Positions 22,836-36,835 of a stretch of DNA of 64,000 nucleotides are shown here, one piece after another. Each line of letters starts with the position of its first letter. Position 1 is the stretch's first letter. The position numbers were made by a program, and so were the translations under genes. The notes below the pieces were generated by a model. It was not told the DNA's origin. It ran no database searches and saw nothing but the letters and a program-made list of their open reading frames with translations. The stretch comes from Oikopleura dioica (Eukaryota; Animalia; Chordata): assembly GCA_907165135.1 (NCBI GenBank), contig OU015568.1, positions 11,470,001 through 11,534,000 of the forward strand, in the 5' to 3' direction.

Positions 22836-25800
22836 ATGGCGCATGAGTACAAATTCTCGCTGTTACTAGCGAGTCAGTACTCTGGCGGCCCTGTCGAGTG
22901 GAATGAAAGCAGTTTGATAACTGGTACAGGCGCTGTGCTGAATTATGTTGATCTTACAGCCGACTCTTCCCGCGCTACTCGCCCGGCAACGACAGATATT
23001 GTATCTGTTTCTATTTCGGTAATAATGGCATGTGAAGACCCGATTAAAAGGTATCTCTTTAGCCATGCAGAAAATTCATCGTCGTCCTCGAAGATGGCAT
23101 GCATCTGTCTATCTCCTCTGTTGAGTCAGGACGGGTGCTCTGCCGGACATCGGTTCACTCAAAATCCGCTGGAACGCCAGTCGCTGTCTCTTGGTCTCCT
23201 TGTGGTACTAAAATAATGATGACTCGAGGTGACATCGCACAGCTCTACTACTGCCCGATGAAGGAGCCTTCGTACAACCCGATGCAGCTTCTCAGAACAT
23301 TTATTGGCTCCTATGGAGCGGTAAGACACATCTCCTGGTCTGCAAAATCAGATGTTGTTGCCCTTGGTTCTGAAGATACGAAAGTAAGGGTCTATCCTAT
23401 CCCTAAAATTCACAAGATGCGAACTTGTACGACTCTTATCGGCTGCCGAGGAAACATAATGGGCACGTGGGTTGGCGGCAAGACAGGCATGGATGTTATG
23501 GCAATCGATAGAGAAGGAATGATTTGCATGTGGCAGACTGATTTCGAGCCAGATGAGCTTGAATACGACTTTAAAACAACGAGGAAGGTGATGTTTTCCC
23601 CTCAGAGATGGAAGGATCATGCTAGGGTGGCATTAGAGACGATTAAAATAGAAGATGACGATGGTGATCAGGAGGTTGATGATGATGAGAATGTAAACAA
23701 GCCAGATGAAGGTAAACTGGTTAAAATTTATCAGCTGTTTATTTTCATCAAAAATTAAAGTGGGAGAAAAGAAGGAAGACGACGGAGAAGAATCATCAGA
23801 TGAAGAAGAGCTAGAAATCATCAAATACAGACGGACTTTCAAAGACTATGTCAATCAGAAAGGAGAGCGTCACTCCCCAGTTGCAGCAGCAGACTATCAC
23901 GCAAAGCTCAACATACTCGCAGTTGGTCATGAAAATGGAACGTTTGCTATCTGGGAGATAAATTGGGCTGTTGATGCTTCTGAAGATGGAAGCATCATTC
24001 AAGTGCAAAAGTTGTCGATGGAAAATTTGTCGGCCGACTTGTCAAGGTCTCACTTTTTGCATGCTTTTTCACGTTAACGATTTTATAGGGTAAAAATTTC
24101 ACCTAAAGGTGATTGGCTTGCTCTTGGTGGAGGAGATCAGCTTATTGTTTGGGAATGGGGAACACAGAGTTACGTTTTGCAGAGCCAAAATCAGGGACAC
24201 AATGTCAGTTGCGTTGCGTACTCCCCTTGCGGATCAAAACTGGCGACAGGTGGAACCGATGGAACAGTGAAAGTCTGGAGCACCAACAGCGGCTTCTGCC
24301 AAGTCACATTCAAAGATCATGAATCTGAGGTCTCGGGGATCGCTTGGATGCGATCAGGCTTCGCGCTTGCAACTAGCTCCAAAGATGGCACTGTTCGAGC
24401 ATATGATCTGAGACGATACAGGAACTTCAGAACACTCGTGACCCCTACGCCCCAGAGACTCAAGGATGTCACTGTTGATCCTGGTGGAGAACTGATTGCT
24501 GCTGCTGGCGGCGGCAACGGATGTGTCTTTGTTTGGTCGATCAGAACCGGCCGCTTGTTGAATGAGTTCTCCAATCATGAATCGGATGTCGTATCGGTTA
24601 ACTTCTCCCCGACTTCTTGCAGGTAGCAAATATTATATCTTAATCTTCTTACTCTCGTTAAAGGCTGCTTTCTTGCTCTTGGGATGGATCCGCCATGCTA
24701 ACCGACTTTACGGACCAAGAAAAAATCCATCGAGAGGCTTTTGAATGCCCATCAGATATGTTAGCCGCCATTTGGCGACCCGATGGTGATCAAATTTGTA
24801 CCTCAAATCTCGCTGGAAAGCTCATGTTCTGGTGCCCGAAAACTTCTGCCATGCAGTTTGAAATCGATGCATCACGAGACATGAGAGCTGGGCGCCCTAA
24901 GAACTCTAGGGTATCTGCTGAAACATTGACGGATCAAGGATTTAACCAGCTGTGCTACTCGAGTGATGGAGAATACCTCCTTGCTGGAGGAAAGTCCTTC
25001 TTGGTTGTTATGTACAGTGTACGCGCGAGACATGTAGTTGGGACTTTCATTCTCTCGCAGAACTTGAATATTGATGGCTTGCAAGAGTTTTTGAGCACGA
25101 GGGACACCATGACTGAGTTCGGCGCTCTTGCTGACATTGACGATTCTGATGAGGTTAAAATTGCGGGTCAAAAGAAGAAGGATAGAGCTGTCAGGCGTGT
25201 CGAGGTTTGATTTTACTGTCGTCTTTACGTGTTATGCAAGTTTTTCAGGGAGCAATTGCTTGCCAAGGTATCCATTTCTCGCCCACTGGAAATGAATTCG
25301 CTCTCGCGACGGCTGAAGGAATTTCAATCTACTCTAAATCTCGACGAACTTTTGCATCCCTTCCTCTGAACGAGTCCGCTACTCCGGGAAATGTGCTCAA
25401 GAATTTGAACACTGGTGAATATGGATCCGCTTTGAATATGGCTATGGTGATCAACAAAGACAGTTTGATCAGACAAACAGTCGAAAGTGTACCGAGGAAT
25501 ACGATTGAATTATTAGTCGGATCATTGCCGGATAATATTAGTTTGCCACTTTTGTCTTGGATTGCAAAGTAAGACCAATCGTTTTGTTCTCTTGAGTATC
25601 GTTATTAGCGAATTGGAAACGACGAAGCACGCGCAGATTTATCTTGCCTGGTGTGCTTCGCTCTTGAAGCACTTTGCAAGGAATCCTTATTTGAAACGAA
25701 AGGTATTGGAACTGATAAGCGTTGAAGATTTACTTTTTTATTCTAGGGTGTTGCCGCTGCAAGACTGGCCGCGCGAGCAGTCCGACAACACCGAGAGAAG

Positions 25801-25917
25801 ATCTTGATGAACTCATACTCTAACTGTGCGACAATCAATTATTTGATGGAGCAAAAGCGATTGGTGCAAAATGCTCCTTCCGAAATCGTTGCGGACGAGG
25901 ATGTCATGAGCGAATGA
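22836..25917 (+). CDS. PWP2: Periodic tryptophan protein 2 (WD40, SSU processome UTP1)
   Basis: YKFSLLLASQY N-terminus, QGHNVSCVAYSPCGSKLATGGTDGTVKVWSTNSGFCQVTFKDH, SKDGTVRAYDLRRYRNFRT, FSPTGNEFALATAEG. Confidence 0.92.
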
Positions 25918-25959
25918 ATAATGATATTTTAACAAAACCTAATCGAGTGCACATTCAGA

Positions 25960-27104
25960 ATGATGGTTAAACCGAGACCGGGCACTGCCGGAGCACCGGT
26001 AAAGATAAATTATGAATTCCCTAGCTGGTGTGCCAAAGCTCCGCCAGGAACACATGTTGACGTGATGAAGGACGACAAACTTATTGAAAAACTTCTGATA
26101 GGTAAGAAGCAAATCATGAATGCATTAAGTCATTTTTGATATTTAGACGAGAAGAAGTTTTATTTATTCGGTCGAAATGCGGAAATGTGCGACTTTGTTG
26201 CTGGGCATGCTTCAATAAGCCGAGCACATTGCGCCCTGACGTACCATAAAATCCTGAAGAAATCATACATTATCGATCTCAAGTCCGCTCATGGAACATT
26301 TCTTGGTCCTCTAAGAATGGAGCCAGAAGTCCCAAAACAGCTTCCTTTTGGAGTGAAGGTCCGTTTGGGTGCTTCTACTCGCTACTACGTGCTTCAAGAG
26401 CCAAACGAAACCGGAGACGAATTGGACAAGTCGATAACGCTGCCAGAAGAAGAAGAAGAATTAGATAATTTAACAGAGCTCAACACTGCCAGAAATAAAA
26501 AGATCACCGAGCTCAAGGTAGAAGATCCGCAGGGCCCAGTGAAGAAAAATAAACGAAAAAGCGTCACTTTCAATAATGAAGAAGATGTCATCAATCCCGA
26601 AGACGTTGATCCGTCAATAGGAAAATTTAGAAACGTTTGCCAAGTCACAATTATTCCTTCCAAGGTAATCATAAGTCGACCGATCGCAGAGGTATTCATG
26701 GAATTCTAGCGCAAAAGAGAAGGCCCAGCCGCCGCCAAAATGGGAATGGGTCATGCTCCTCCAAGAACTCACACAGTTGCTACGCCTGTCGCCCAATTAA
26801 CACAGGTTCAAAAGCACTTGCAAACTCGATTTTTATGCATCTTCAGCCTGCTCAAACTAAGAAACCAAAACTGTATGATGAATTATCGACCCTTTCGTCG
26901 GCACCAGATCCTGACAGTATTGCGAAACTTCCTGCTGGTTTCTTCGATCCTGGTGTGAAGGCTTCCGACGCAGAGGAGGTTCGATATTCTGGGTATTCCC
27001 TGTTTTTATAAAAAACTTAGAGTGATACTCCTAAAGCGAAAAAGTATGGCAAAGAAGCATGGCCCGGAAGAGGAAACGACAAAGTAGAGAACTTTGGCTT
27101 GTAA
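25960..27104 (+). CDS. PPP1R8: Nuclear inhibitor of protein phosphatase 1 (FHA domain, RVxF-type motif)
   Basis: PSWCAKAPPGTHVDVMKDDKLIEKLLIDEKKFYLFGRN, KRKSVTFNNEEDVINPEDVDPSIGKFRN, KKYGKEAWPG. Confidence 0.93.
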
Positions 27105-27205
27105 CACACACTTTCGCAAATATGAGCGAACTTCATTCAATTCAAAATGATCACTTTCCACATGTGAAAAAAGCTAGAAATAAACACACTCGATTCCTGT
27201 TCAGA

Positions 27206-30165
27206 ATGACCTCTCGCCTTGAGACAATCAGTCGGATAAGCGATTTGGGAAAAGAGAGTATTGTGTCTAACTTGCAGGATTCTACCGATGATACTACTAG
27301 TGAAAAGCTTAATTTCTCGCAGATCGGTCTACGTCTTTCCTCTTATTTTGACTTGGGCGTAGCATGGAACAAACGAAAAGCTCTTGTCCTTACTCCTAAA
27401 TATGTGTCTGATCCGAAACGGCCCGACGAACCCCAAATGATGACTCTAAATCCTGGCAGCGAAATCAACTCGCTAAATGGGGATATCAAAGACGTCTGCA
27501 TCATCCCAATGATGTCGACAAAACGAGCCGACTGCGGTCAGCCAGAAATTGCAATCATCTGCATTGGGTTCGAATCTGGCCATGTGAAATTCTACCTAGA
27601 AACAGGCGTCATTATTCTCGAGTATCAGTTGCATCTTACTCCTGTTGAGAGAATCCGTTTCAGAGGATTCTCAGGTGCCCAGCCAGAAACGAGCTTCTAC
27701 ATTTGCCACAAAGATTGTGTGATTGAAATTGACGGAATGGAGCTTTATCAAACTTTGCGTGTAGCGAGGGTTAGTCCGGAACAAGTGCAGTTGAACGCGC
27801 TCAAGTCGAAAAAGTACACATTCACTCAAGAAAATCAAGTCGCAGACGTCGCCTCTGTTGGAAAATACTCAATTACACGTTGGGAACAGTACGTTAACGC
27901 GTCAGCATACGGGCCGAATGAGAAAGTCTCCGCGAGAATACCCGCTTACAACTCTTATATTACTTCGGGAAAGAATTTCGCACAATTTTACCATCATATT
28001 GACCAAGTCGAGCAATCTGCTATCACATCCGCTCTTTCTATTGGAAAAAGTCTAATGAAGAAATCTACTGGTTGGTTTTTTGGTGGTTCTCAGCCAGAGC
28101 CCGAGCCTGAAGTCGTCATCGATAAGGGTACAGAAATCGAACCACGGTCGACTTTATTGGATAATAATCGAACTGGTGTCAAAGTAGAACCCGCGCCGTA
28201 CGGCTTACCATTTGCTGCTGTGTCTGATAATCTTGGGAGAGTATCGATAGTCGAAACTAATTCAATGAAGATGATCAGAATTATAAAGGGCGTTCGCGAT
28301 TGCCAGATGAGTTGGCTCAGATCTTCAGATGGCGCGAGAAACGCACTGTTTTTAGTTACGCTTGATCGTTTGGGAGTTTTGTCGGTGTTTTCTGTCCATT
28401 ACGGACCAAGGGTTGCATCATGGAATGTTGGAAAAGGATCCATACTTCTTTCTCACTCGCATCAAATTGGTGTCAACGGATCAAATTTGAAGCAAATGGC
28501 GTCGAGCAATTACCAAGTTGCAGTGATGACAGCAGAAGGAGAACTTAAGAGGATTGTTATTCCGCTGCATTTGGCGTTAAGCGATCACAATTCTCCAAGA
28601 CTTGCAGACACTTCAACCCTTCGCGAGCTGAGTAAACAGCTCAAACGTGCTGATATTGAAATGTCACAAGTAAACGCACTTGTCAAGCGCCTCCGACTTT
28701 CGAATACTCAAAGGCAAGCGATTGAAAAACTCATTGCTTCGGAGAAAATTGCTCTTGATGATATTGAAAAGTACTTGGAGCTCTTTGCCGAGAAGAATAA
28801 AAATGAAAGCCTATCGGGGAAGAAAGAAACTAAGGAGTTTCAGTTCTGGCATGAGAAAATCTCGAAGATGATCTGGGCTTACAAGATGATAACGATGTCG
28901 GGAAAAGCAACCGAACCAGTCGTAGATCCAGCCTGCATTTTCAAAAATGAAGCTGAAGATGATGTAAAGACTATTTTGGATACGAAACGACAGATTTCTG
29001 AAACTAGGTCGACAAAGATCAAATTTTCAAGTGGGACTGCTTCGGTTAGCGAACTGAGTTTGTACGATTTCACAAGATGTTTAGTTGAAGATAACGGGGC
29101 ATTGAAGCTCCATCCCACGATAAGGTAAAGATCTGAGAAGGTTTTGTAGGAGAAGAAATCGAAAAATAGGTTTATTTGTAGAAATTGATCTCAGAAAAAA
29201 ATTAGAGTATTTTTGCGTTCATGAAATGGTCACGCAAAGAGTTTTTGTCATCATTAACCGCTTCGATACTGTGATTTTAAAAGTCCATATGATAAAATAA
29301 GTGCAAACATTATGATTTCTATAACGTTATCGTTCAGTGATATGAGAAAGAAGCACTTGGCATCAAAACTGTTCGAATCAGCTGAGTTGCATCAAATTAT
29401 CGAGAAATTGCTTCTTCCCCTTGCCGATTACCTTGAGCTGCTCAAATATCACGTGGCCAATGTCAGTTCTACAGCGACTACAGCTGCTCACTTTTTGCGC
29501 CTTCTTGAGGCCACTTATGAAATCTTTCACGAAACTCTTCCAAGTGATTGGCTTTTATCTCTTCGAGAAGATTGTCTTGCAGTCACTCCTTCTAATGGGC
29601 ATATTTTTGTCCATGTCATGGAGTTTTTCCGAAGAAGAAACCTTCCGTCAAACGATGAGGGGATGGACACTGATACTGCTGATTGGGATACCTTGGTGAT
29701 TGACAATCAGTGGAAAGAGGCGACTGAAACGCTGAGAATCGCTTCTGCGCTTGAAATTCTGTCTGATGGTGTCAACTACACTGCGAAAACTCTTCTCCAA
29801 GGTAGATACTTAATAAACGTCACAAAGGAAAAAAAATAAAATAAGGAGGAGTCGGTGGCGTCACAGAAGTAGTCGCAGAGTGGCTTGTGGAAAATCGTCT
29901 TACTCTAACAAGCGAGCTCCATACAAACCCTCGGGTCGCGCTTGCCCAAATGTTTCTCAAAAACTATCTAGTTCCTCATTTTCCTCTTTCACTCTCTCGT
30001 GAGATGGTAAATTCCTCAATCTTTTGGATAGCGACATCTCGATGGGCCTCTTCAACGAAAAAGTCCGCGTGCGATCAACTTCTTCCCCTTATTCTGGATT
30101 CGTTGAGTGAAATAAAGGTACAGTTTAAATAGTATATTGAGAATATAGGATTGAAATTACAGTAG
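27206..30165 (+). CDS. RAB3GAP2: Rab3 GTPase-activating protein non-catalytic subunit
   Basis: FAAVSDNLGRVSIVETNSMKMIRIIKGVRDCQMSW and IGFESGHVKFYLETG match the RAB3GAP2 N-terminal domain. The ATG at 27206 follows ttcag. Confidence 0.85.
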
Positions 30166-30184
30166 TATTACTTCGGATTTGAAC

Positions 30185-32498
30185 TTATTCGGTTTCCTTG
30201 GGCGAGGAGGCAGCGTCTTCAAAGACATGATCTGAAAGGATTTGCGATGAAAAATTAATCTTCGTCGCTTGGCATACCTTCTAATCGAAGTTTTTCTATC
30301 GTTTCACCGTCAGCTGGGCTGGCGATAATTGGGGTCTTGCCCTTTTTATAGAAGGGGTGTCTTCTTCTTCTTCCGATATAGGGTGCGGATCGGTAAAAAC
30401 TGCAGAGCCGACTAATTTTCAATGATTTTCAAATTCTAATTGGGTAGATTCAAACCTAAGCACCCGACAAGCGTTCCAAGCATCGCCAGTGATCGGAAGG
30501 GGAAATATTGTGTGTTGGATTTGCAATCGTATCCAGGGAATTCTACTAGAGCTGGAATATTAAGCCCTGTGTCACCTCCGATCGCTCGAAGAATGACACC
30601 AATGAGTAGGCCGATTTGGCTTCCCCGAGCGTTTATTTTATCTTCGAAATGAACGACGAGAAGAAGCTGGGGAAAGAGGGTGACATAGACGATATCTCCG
30701 CTAAATATTCATTGCAAAAATGTTTTCGATCGTCAAGTGGTACCTCAAATACCACAAGGAGTAAACGGAAGTTCCTTTGATCGCAAGTACAGTTGCGAGT
30801 ACTCCAACGGTGACGATTGATATTCTCATGACTCTCATGACGGCTTTCTCTGATGAGCCCGGACTGATTGATTCGCTCCTAGGGGAGAAATTATTTCTGT
30901 CTGACAAACAAATTTAATTACTCCTTACCAGATATTGTGGGTGAACATTGAAGCAGCAGATAGAATACTCGAATCAGCAGAACTCATCACAGCTGCTGAT
31001 ATAGCACCAAGACCTGAAAAATGCTCAAATTACTAGCTCTAAAATTAAGAGTCTAAACAAATCGTTTAAAATTGTCATGAGCACATACGGTATGTATTTG
31101 AAATACCTATTGTAGAAACAACTGGGGGCGTAAGTGTAGCAAGAACAATCGGCAAAATTTTATCAGTTTCTCCACACTCTTCCGGGTTGTATTGCTTTTG
31201 CTCGAAGAAATTTGTTTCAGTCCAGTCAGTACTTCTGGCAATAGCACCAATCATAATTGGTGGAATGGACATGATAATACAACCAGCAGCAGCAAAGAAG
31301 CTCAAAAGTTTCGCGTGATGAGCTGTGTCAGAAGAAAGGACTCGCTGGAAGTAAACTTGCCAGGGTATTCCGCCGAACATGAGAAGAAGATAGCTGTCAG
31401 TCCACTGACCAAGAGTTTTATAGTCTTTAAGAGTGCTCCAATTTCCTAGCCAGGAAATATTTTTTTCGTAGGTAAAGCAGCTAAGGGCGTAGTCAACCGG
31501 GTTTCTTTCTGTTGAGAAAGGGTTCATCTTGACTGCATCGTGCGAAGCTGCGTACGGAATAGCAACGCAAAGACCGATCAAAATACAGAACAGTTGGATA
31601 ACGTCCGTGTATGCGACCGAATAAAGGCCTCCAATGACTTTGAAGGGGATTGAATTTGTTTATTAGAAAATTTGATTAGCTACTTAGCAAAAATCAATAC
31701 GTTCAGACCCGAAACTGTATAAAATAAGGCGATGCCGGCAGATATCACAATTGATTGATTTGTCCCAATACCCATCACGACTAAAACCTAGTTAGGGCGC
31801 AGTGTTTTAGGCTTGTACCTGATAGAGTGGACCCAAGGGCATTCAATACGGCGGCTGACCAGAAAACTTCGCCAAGTAGGGCAGGAAAAAATAAGCAACC
31901 TCCCCATCGTTTTCCGAATCGTTGTTGAAATGGATCAAGCATTGTTATGTATCCTTATGAATTGTAACCATCATATTTTTACCGGTTTTACCTTTTGTCC
32001 GCATTTTTTCTGCAAAGAGGATACCGCCCAAAGCTAAACTAATTGCATATCCAAAAGGAGCTTGTGTCCATAGGAGCCCTCCTCCATTTGAATAGACCAT
32101 TTGTGCTGTGGCGTTAATGTAACCTCCGCCAACCCAAGTTGCAGTCATCGTGAAAACCCCAATAAATAATCCTAAAAATCAAAATTTTATAAGAACTCCT
32201 AACGCTTAGTTATTGCATCAGTTCAGTAAATGCAGAATTCTGGGTCTATGTTGTACTTACCTATGTTTCTTCCAGCGATCATACTGTCCTGTGCAAGGTC
32301 CATCGACATCCGTCTTAGCTTCTTGCCTCTTCTTGTCGCGTAAATTCCGGTCAGCAAAATCGCCATGTAGAAAAATGCTATTCCAGCTATCTGATACCAA
32401 GCAGGCGCTGCAGCATTTCGTTTGCAGAGATTTTTCTCGGGTGCACATGACTTAAGTGCCTCGCAATTATCTGCCAGCGAGAGAGATATGTTCTGCAT
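30185..32498 (-). CDS. SLC5A7: High-affinity choline transporter (SLC5 family)
   Basis: [71 protein letters not shown]. Confidence 0.92.
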
Positions 32499-32836
32499 GA
32501 TTCGGATGCTCTATCTCAAATCATTAGTGGTATGAAAATAAAATTTATTTTTATATGTTGACTTTTGAAACGGCTAATATTTCGCGATAGATGTATGCTA
32601 AGCGGGAACCTAGTTCCCGCCTGTTGGGGCTAAAGATTTCGCCCCGCACCACGCCATCGCGTGCAAAAGAAAATTAATTGGCACCAGAAGGAGATCTTTT
32701 TGATCACTCAATTGGGCACGTGATTTATTTAACACGATATTTCTAATCTTTTCTGCCGAAGTTGGATTTTACTGCAATTCTCTTCTATGTCTTCAAGATT
32801 CATTTTAAGGACGATCATTTGGCTACTGGTGCGGCT

Positions 32837-34029
32837 ATGTTTGTCTGGAAAACACTTTTTGCATTGAAGTTTGATGCAATTGTCAAAGAAATTCAAATCA
32901 AAAAGAAAAAAATCACGCTTTCTTCATCCAAGAAATCCTCAATAAAGCGATCGGAAGGACCTGCAAAGATTGAACACACTCTCGAAATCGCTTCAAACCT
33001 CCTCGACGCTCTCATCGCCAATGACCCAGATGCAAGTCCACCTCCCGACGTTTCAACGGAACTTTCGAAGCTTCCAACGATGGATTCCAAGAAACCATCT
33101 GTTTGCGAAATCAGTACGATATAAGAGCAAATAGGCTTCGTATATTGTTTTAGTTTTAAATCAAGAACTTCCGAACCCGCAGCTTATCAGACTTCATACG
33201 ACTCTCCTTAGATGTTGCAGACTCTCCAAATCTATCGGAATAACTTTCAGTCAAAAGAAGATCTTTTCAGAATCGGAAAACAGCGCGTTCTTCGGCCCAT
33301 TGTCAAGGCCATGGAATCAGGAATTGGTCTACAATTGATTAACTCATTTTATTTTCTTATTTGCATCTTTGTCTAGGAATAAAAAGTTAAGACACTGTAT
33401 TTTCTGACTTGTAGACAATATTGAGCGCCCTATATCATCCTCGATAAATGAAGCACGAGTCCAGTTCATTTCTTTCTTATTGGGTTTGTCCAGTCTGTGA
33501 GTTCAATTTAATTAATAATCATTCAGAATCCCTGTGTGTCGCAGTGACAAAATCAAAATTGCAGACAGAAACGATTCCAGGTAAACATGAAATCTGGTAA
33601 AATCTGGTTTGAATGTTGAATTTTTCAGTTATTCAAGGCGAAATAAGAAGGCTTGCGGCCGATTGGGAGCTTGACTGTGAAGTTTTAGTCGACATTCAAT
33701 TTATTGTTTCTTCATACTCGTAAGTATTGTCATTTTTCTACTTTGTCTAATTGATTTTAGTTATGGCCTGGTTCCTCCGGAGATATCCGTCCAAGATATC
33801 GATCTTCTCGAAGATCAGTTGTGCTCTTTGCTTGCGTCTTCTACTAGAGCACTTATTTCAGAATTAGACGGCGAAGAAAATGCGCAGTTTCTTTCAAATA
33901 TGGCCCCATTCAATGTCAAGTAGGGACCTCAATGAGTTCTGAATGAAATAAAATTAATATTCAGCTTTTGGCTTGATGATAAAGCTCCGCCGAAAATTAT
34001 ATGCGGATCTGAAGCTGTTCGAAATCTGA
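32837..34029 (+). CDS. Hypothetical multi-exon protein
   Basis: Successive coding-like exons (MFVWKTLFALKF..., IQGEIRRLAADWELDCEVL, YGLVPPEISVQDIDLLEDQLC..., FWLDDKAPPKLYADLKLFEI-stop); no known domain recognised. Confidence 0.45.
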
Positions 34030-34324
34030 AATCACTTTGCGAAGGGATCATCAAGATTGACGGAAACTTACAGAATCCCCAAAAGAAAGAAAACACAAGA
34101 GCAATTCTGCGAGCTCTGGAAGCTCTCTAACTCCATGCTACCTTCAAAATCATCTAAAACAGTTCCACGAAATCTTCGTTCGACCGTGTGCAATAATAAT
34201 AAACCGCGACTAATAGAAAACATACAGCATCCATTGAATTCTTCATTTGTGTTCTGAGACAACCTCCCGCTGCGCAATTTTCACTGGCATGATTTCAAGC
34301 ATGAGTAGATTTCAGTCGTAGGGA

Positions 34325-36811
34325 ATGTTTTTATCAATCAAGAGCATTTTATTCTTTTTACTTAATTATTCGACAAGATCACAAGAGACAACAAGAGAAA
34401 TATTCATCGCAGTTCCTTTTGATGCAAACGATGTCAATGGGGAAGAATATCCATTCAGTAGGCAAAAGCTGGAATACATCGCAGAATGGCCTAGGATTTC
34501 TCCATGACACCTAAAGCTAAATATTTTTACTGAGAAAAATCCGAAGAAAGATCATTAGTGAAATATCTGACAATGAATTGACAAAACATTTTGTCGTTAA
34601 ATTCGTGGACTACACATTTTCATGTTCGGCAGATGAGTTTGGCATGACGATCATAAATAATCCTTACAACGAAAGACCTTTAGGAATGCTTTCAAACCTC
34701 GACGACAGTACAATGAGTATGTAACATGCAAACGATTAAGGTTTTCCAGCAGCGAAAAAGTCATAATTGGGCCTACATGCGAAAATAGCTTTGAAGATAT
34801 GTTTGATCACGTTATAAGATCCCTTCCGATCAACAGCACAACACGTGTCTCATTTCAATATCTCAACGACTTCAATAAGTCTAGCAAAAGGTGTGCCATA
34901 ACGACAGGATTCTAGTAGCGAGAGGTCAAAGTCGTCGCCTCATTATTGACCTCTTATTCCTAGGGTTGTCAATCTGTTGCCAGATTACGCTCAGATGGCT
35001 GACTACGCGCGGAACGTCATCGGACAACTAGGTTACTCTCATAATTATATTTAATTTCAATGAAAGCGCCAATATTAAATCCGGATTGATCAAAAAGGCG
35101 CTTAGAGGTCAAACATACTTGATCCACGAGCTTGAATTTTTGAGCTCATTTTTTTTACTTGAAAAGCCAACTCATTAAATAGTTCAAAAATAAAAAATGT
35201 CTTTAAGATTCCAGAGCGCGAGACTGTAGGAATAAAATTTCGTGGAATATAATTTACGAGCACGACGCTCGCTCAAGCAGCCTTGCTCGAATGCGATTCG
35301 ATATGCTAAAGGTTTGTTTCATTGTCATAACAAATTCTGGAACGTATATTTTTTCGATGATTTAGCGCTCATGATTGATCTAATATTGCTTTCATTTTTA
35401 AGAAACTTGAGCACTCTCTTCGCACAAGCTCTTCGTTGTATAAACTCTTCAACAACAGATATTATGAAATCTCATCTGATCGAATGGAAGACATACAGAG
35501 AGTTGTTAGAAGACTTCAATATGGAACAGATGATTTTCAACCAGTGATTGTTCTTATAATGAGCCCAAAACTTGCACTCAAAGTTGTTGAGGATGCATCA
35601 TTGCTGAATCTCAAAAACCCTATTTGGCTATTAATTGATCTAACGCTTCATAAAGAGTTTTAAAAGGGAGCATATTTTACTTTCTTATATCTACTAGTTT
35701 TTACTTTATCAAAACTCGTAAACAGTCATTCACGAATGAAATTCTATTCAAATCTGGCGAATTCTTTAGAATCAATCTGGCGGAACAACTAAGTACTCCG
35801 ACAAGTAACAGAATTTCGCCAAAAGCTCCAAACGTAAGCTATCTTGATTTAAGAAATTCCAGCAGCTTCAAAAAATATCTCACGTTAGCAAACTGATTTC
35901 GGGCTTTTCCCACGTGTGCTGGCGGATGGTATCTTGGCGTATTACACTTTGGAAGACGAGTTCCACTATCAATCACGTGAGCCGTTATGTACTCGTTTCG
36001 ATTTATTACAAAAACAACGCGAACTCAGATAACTTTCATGACGAATTCGAACTTGCATTAACTTTTATTGAAGTTACCTTTTTGCCAGTAATTATCTCAA
36101 TCAGAAAGCCGCAGAATTAGATTCCAGGGCTTGTACTCCGCTATCCAGCAGTTTAGATGCTTTCTTTCCGTTACCGTAATAATTTCCAACATCGAAAAGA
36201 GATGCAGCCGCAAAAATGTTTTCTGGAATTTTTGGACGACAAATGATCTTTGACGAGGACTCAAAAATCAAAGCGAAATTCGAAACAACTGGTTGGGATA
36301 AAAACTTGCAACAATGGAGAGTTCTGGATATTCCCTATCAAACTTGTCCACCGGAGATGTTTAGCGAGCACTGTTTCTGCCATGCGGATGAATTCTCTGG
36401 CCGGGTTCCAAAAATAAGGTGCTAAAGGCGATCTTGCTATGAAGAATTTGATCCAATTTAGAAGAGATTTAGCTTTTATAAAGGGCGGAACACTTTGCAC
36501 CCGGGAAATTCGAACCTTTGAAAGCTCCGAATTCTGAATTAAAGAAAAACAAATGCCGCTCAGCTGATTTCTCCGTTCAAAAAGAGTTCGACTTCCTTGA
36601 ATTGAATCCGGACATGGAAAGGAAAAAATCGACATCTAGGATAAAAGAGTGCCCGTATCTCAAAAGCACTGTAGTTTTTATGGACGACATTGAAGAAAAC
36701 ACGACTTGCGAGACGACAAAGAGCTCCTTTTTAGCGGGAACAGTAGCGGACGACATGAAGAATATTTTGTCAGCAATAGGAATTGGCTCATTTTCACGAT
36801 GTCTACCTTAG
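34325..36811 (+). CDS. Secreted Venus-flytrap (ANF-receptor / class C GPCR ectodomain-like) protein
   Basis: Signal-peptide-like start; VIIGPTCEN; VIVLIMSPKLALKVVEDASLLNLKNPIWLLID; GRQMIFDEDSKIKAKFETTGW followed by a Cys-rich segment (TCPPEMFSEHCFC). Exon chain only partly resolved. Confidence 0.5.
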
Positions 36812-36835
36812 TTAGAAATTCTAACAGGAGGGGTG

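Larger units (their letters stand above)
9626..30165 (+). other. Putative polycistronic (SL trans-spliced) operon of nine housekeeping genes
   Basis: Nine consecutive + strand genes with gaps of about 40-430 nt. Acceptor-like AG directly before several ATGs (ttctaagATG, ttttagaATG, attcagaATG, ttcagaATG). Confidence 0.6.

Noticed and set aside
27059-27205. RAB3GAP2 starting at 27059 as in the 689-aa ORF
   Set aside because: That start overlaps the last exon of PPP1R8. The ATG at 27206 follows an acceptor-like ttcag and better fits the expected N-terminus.
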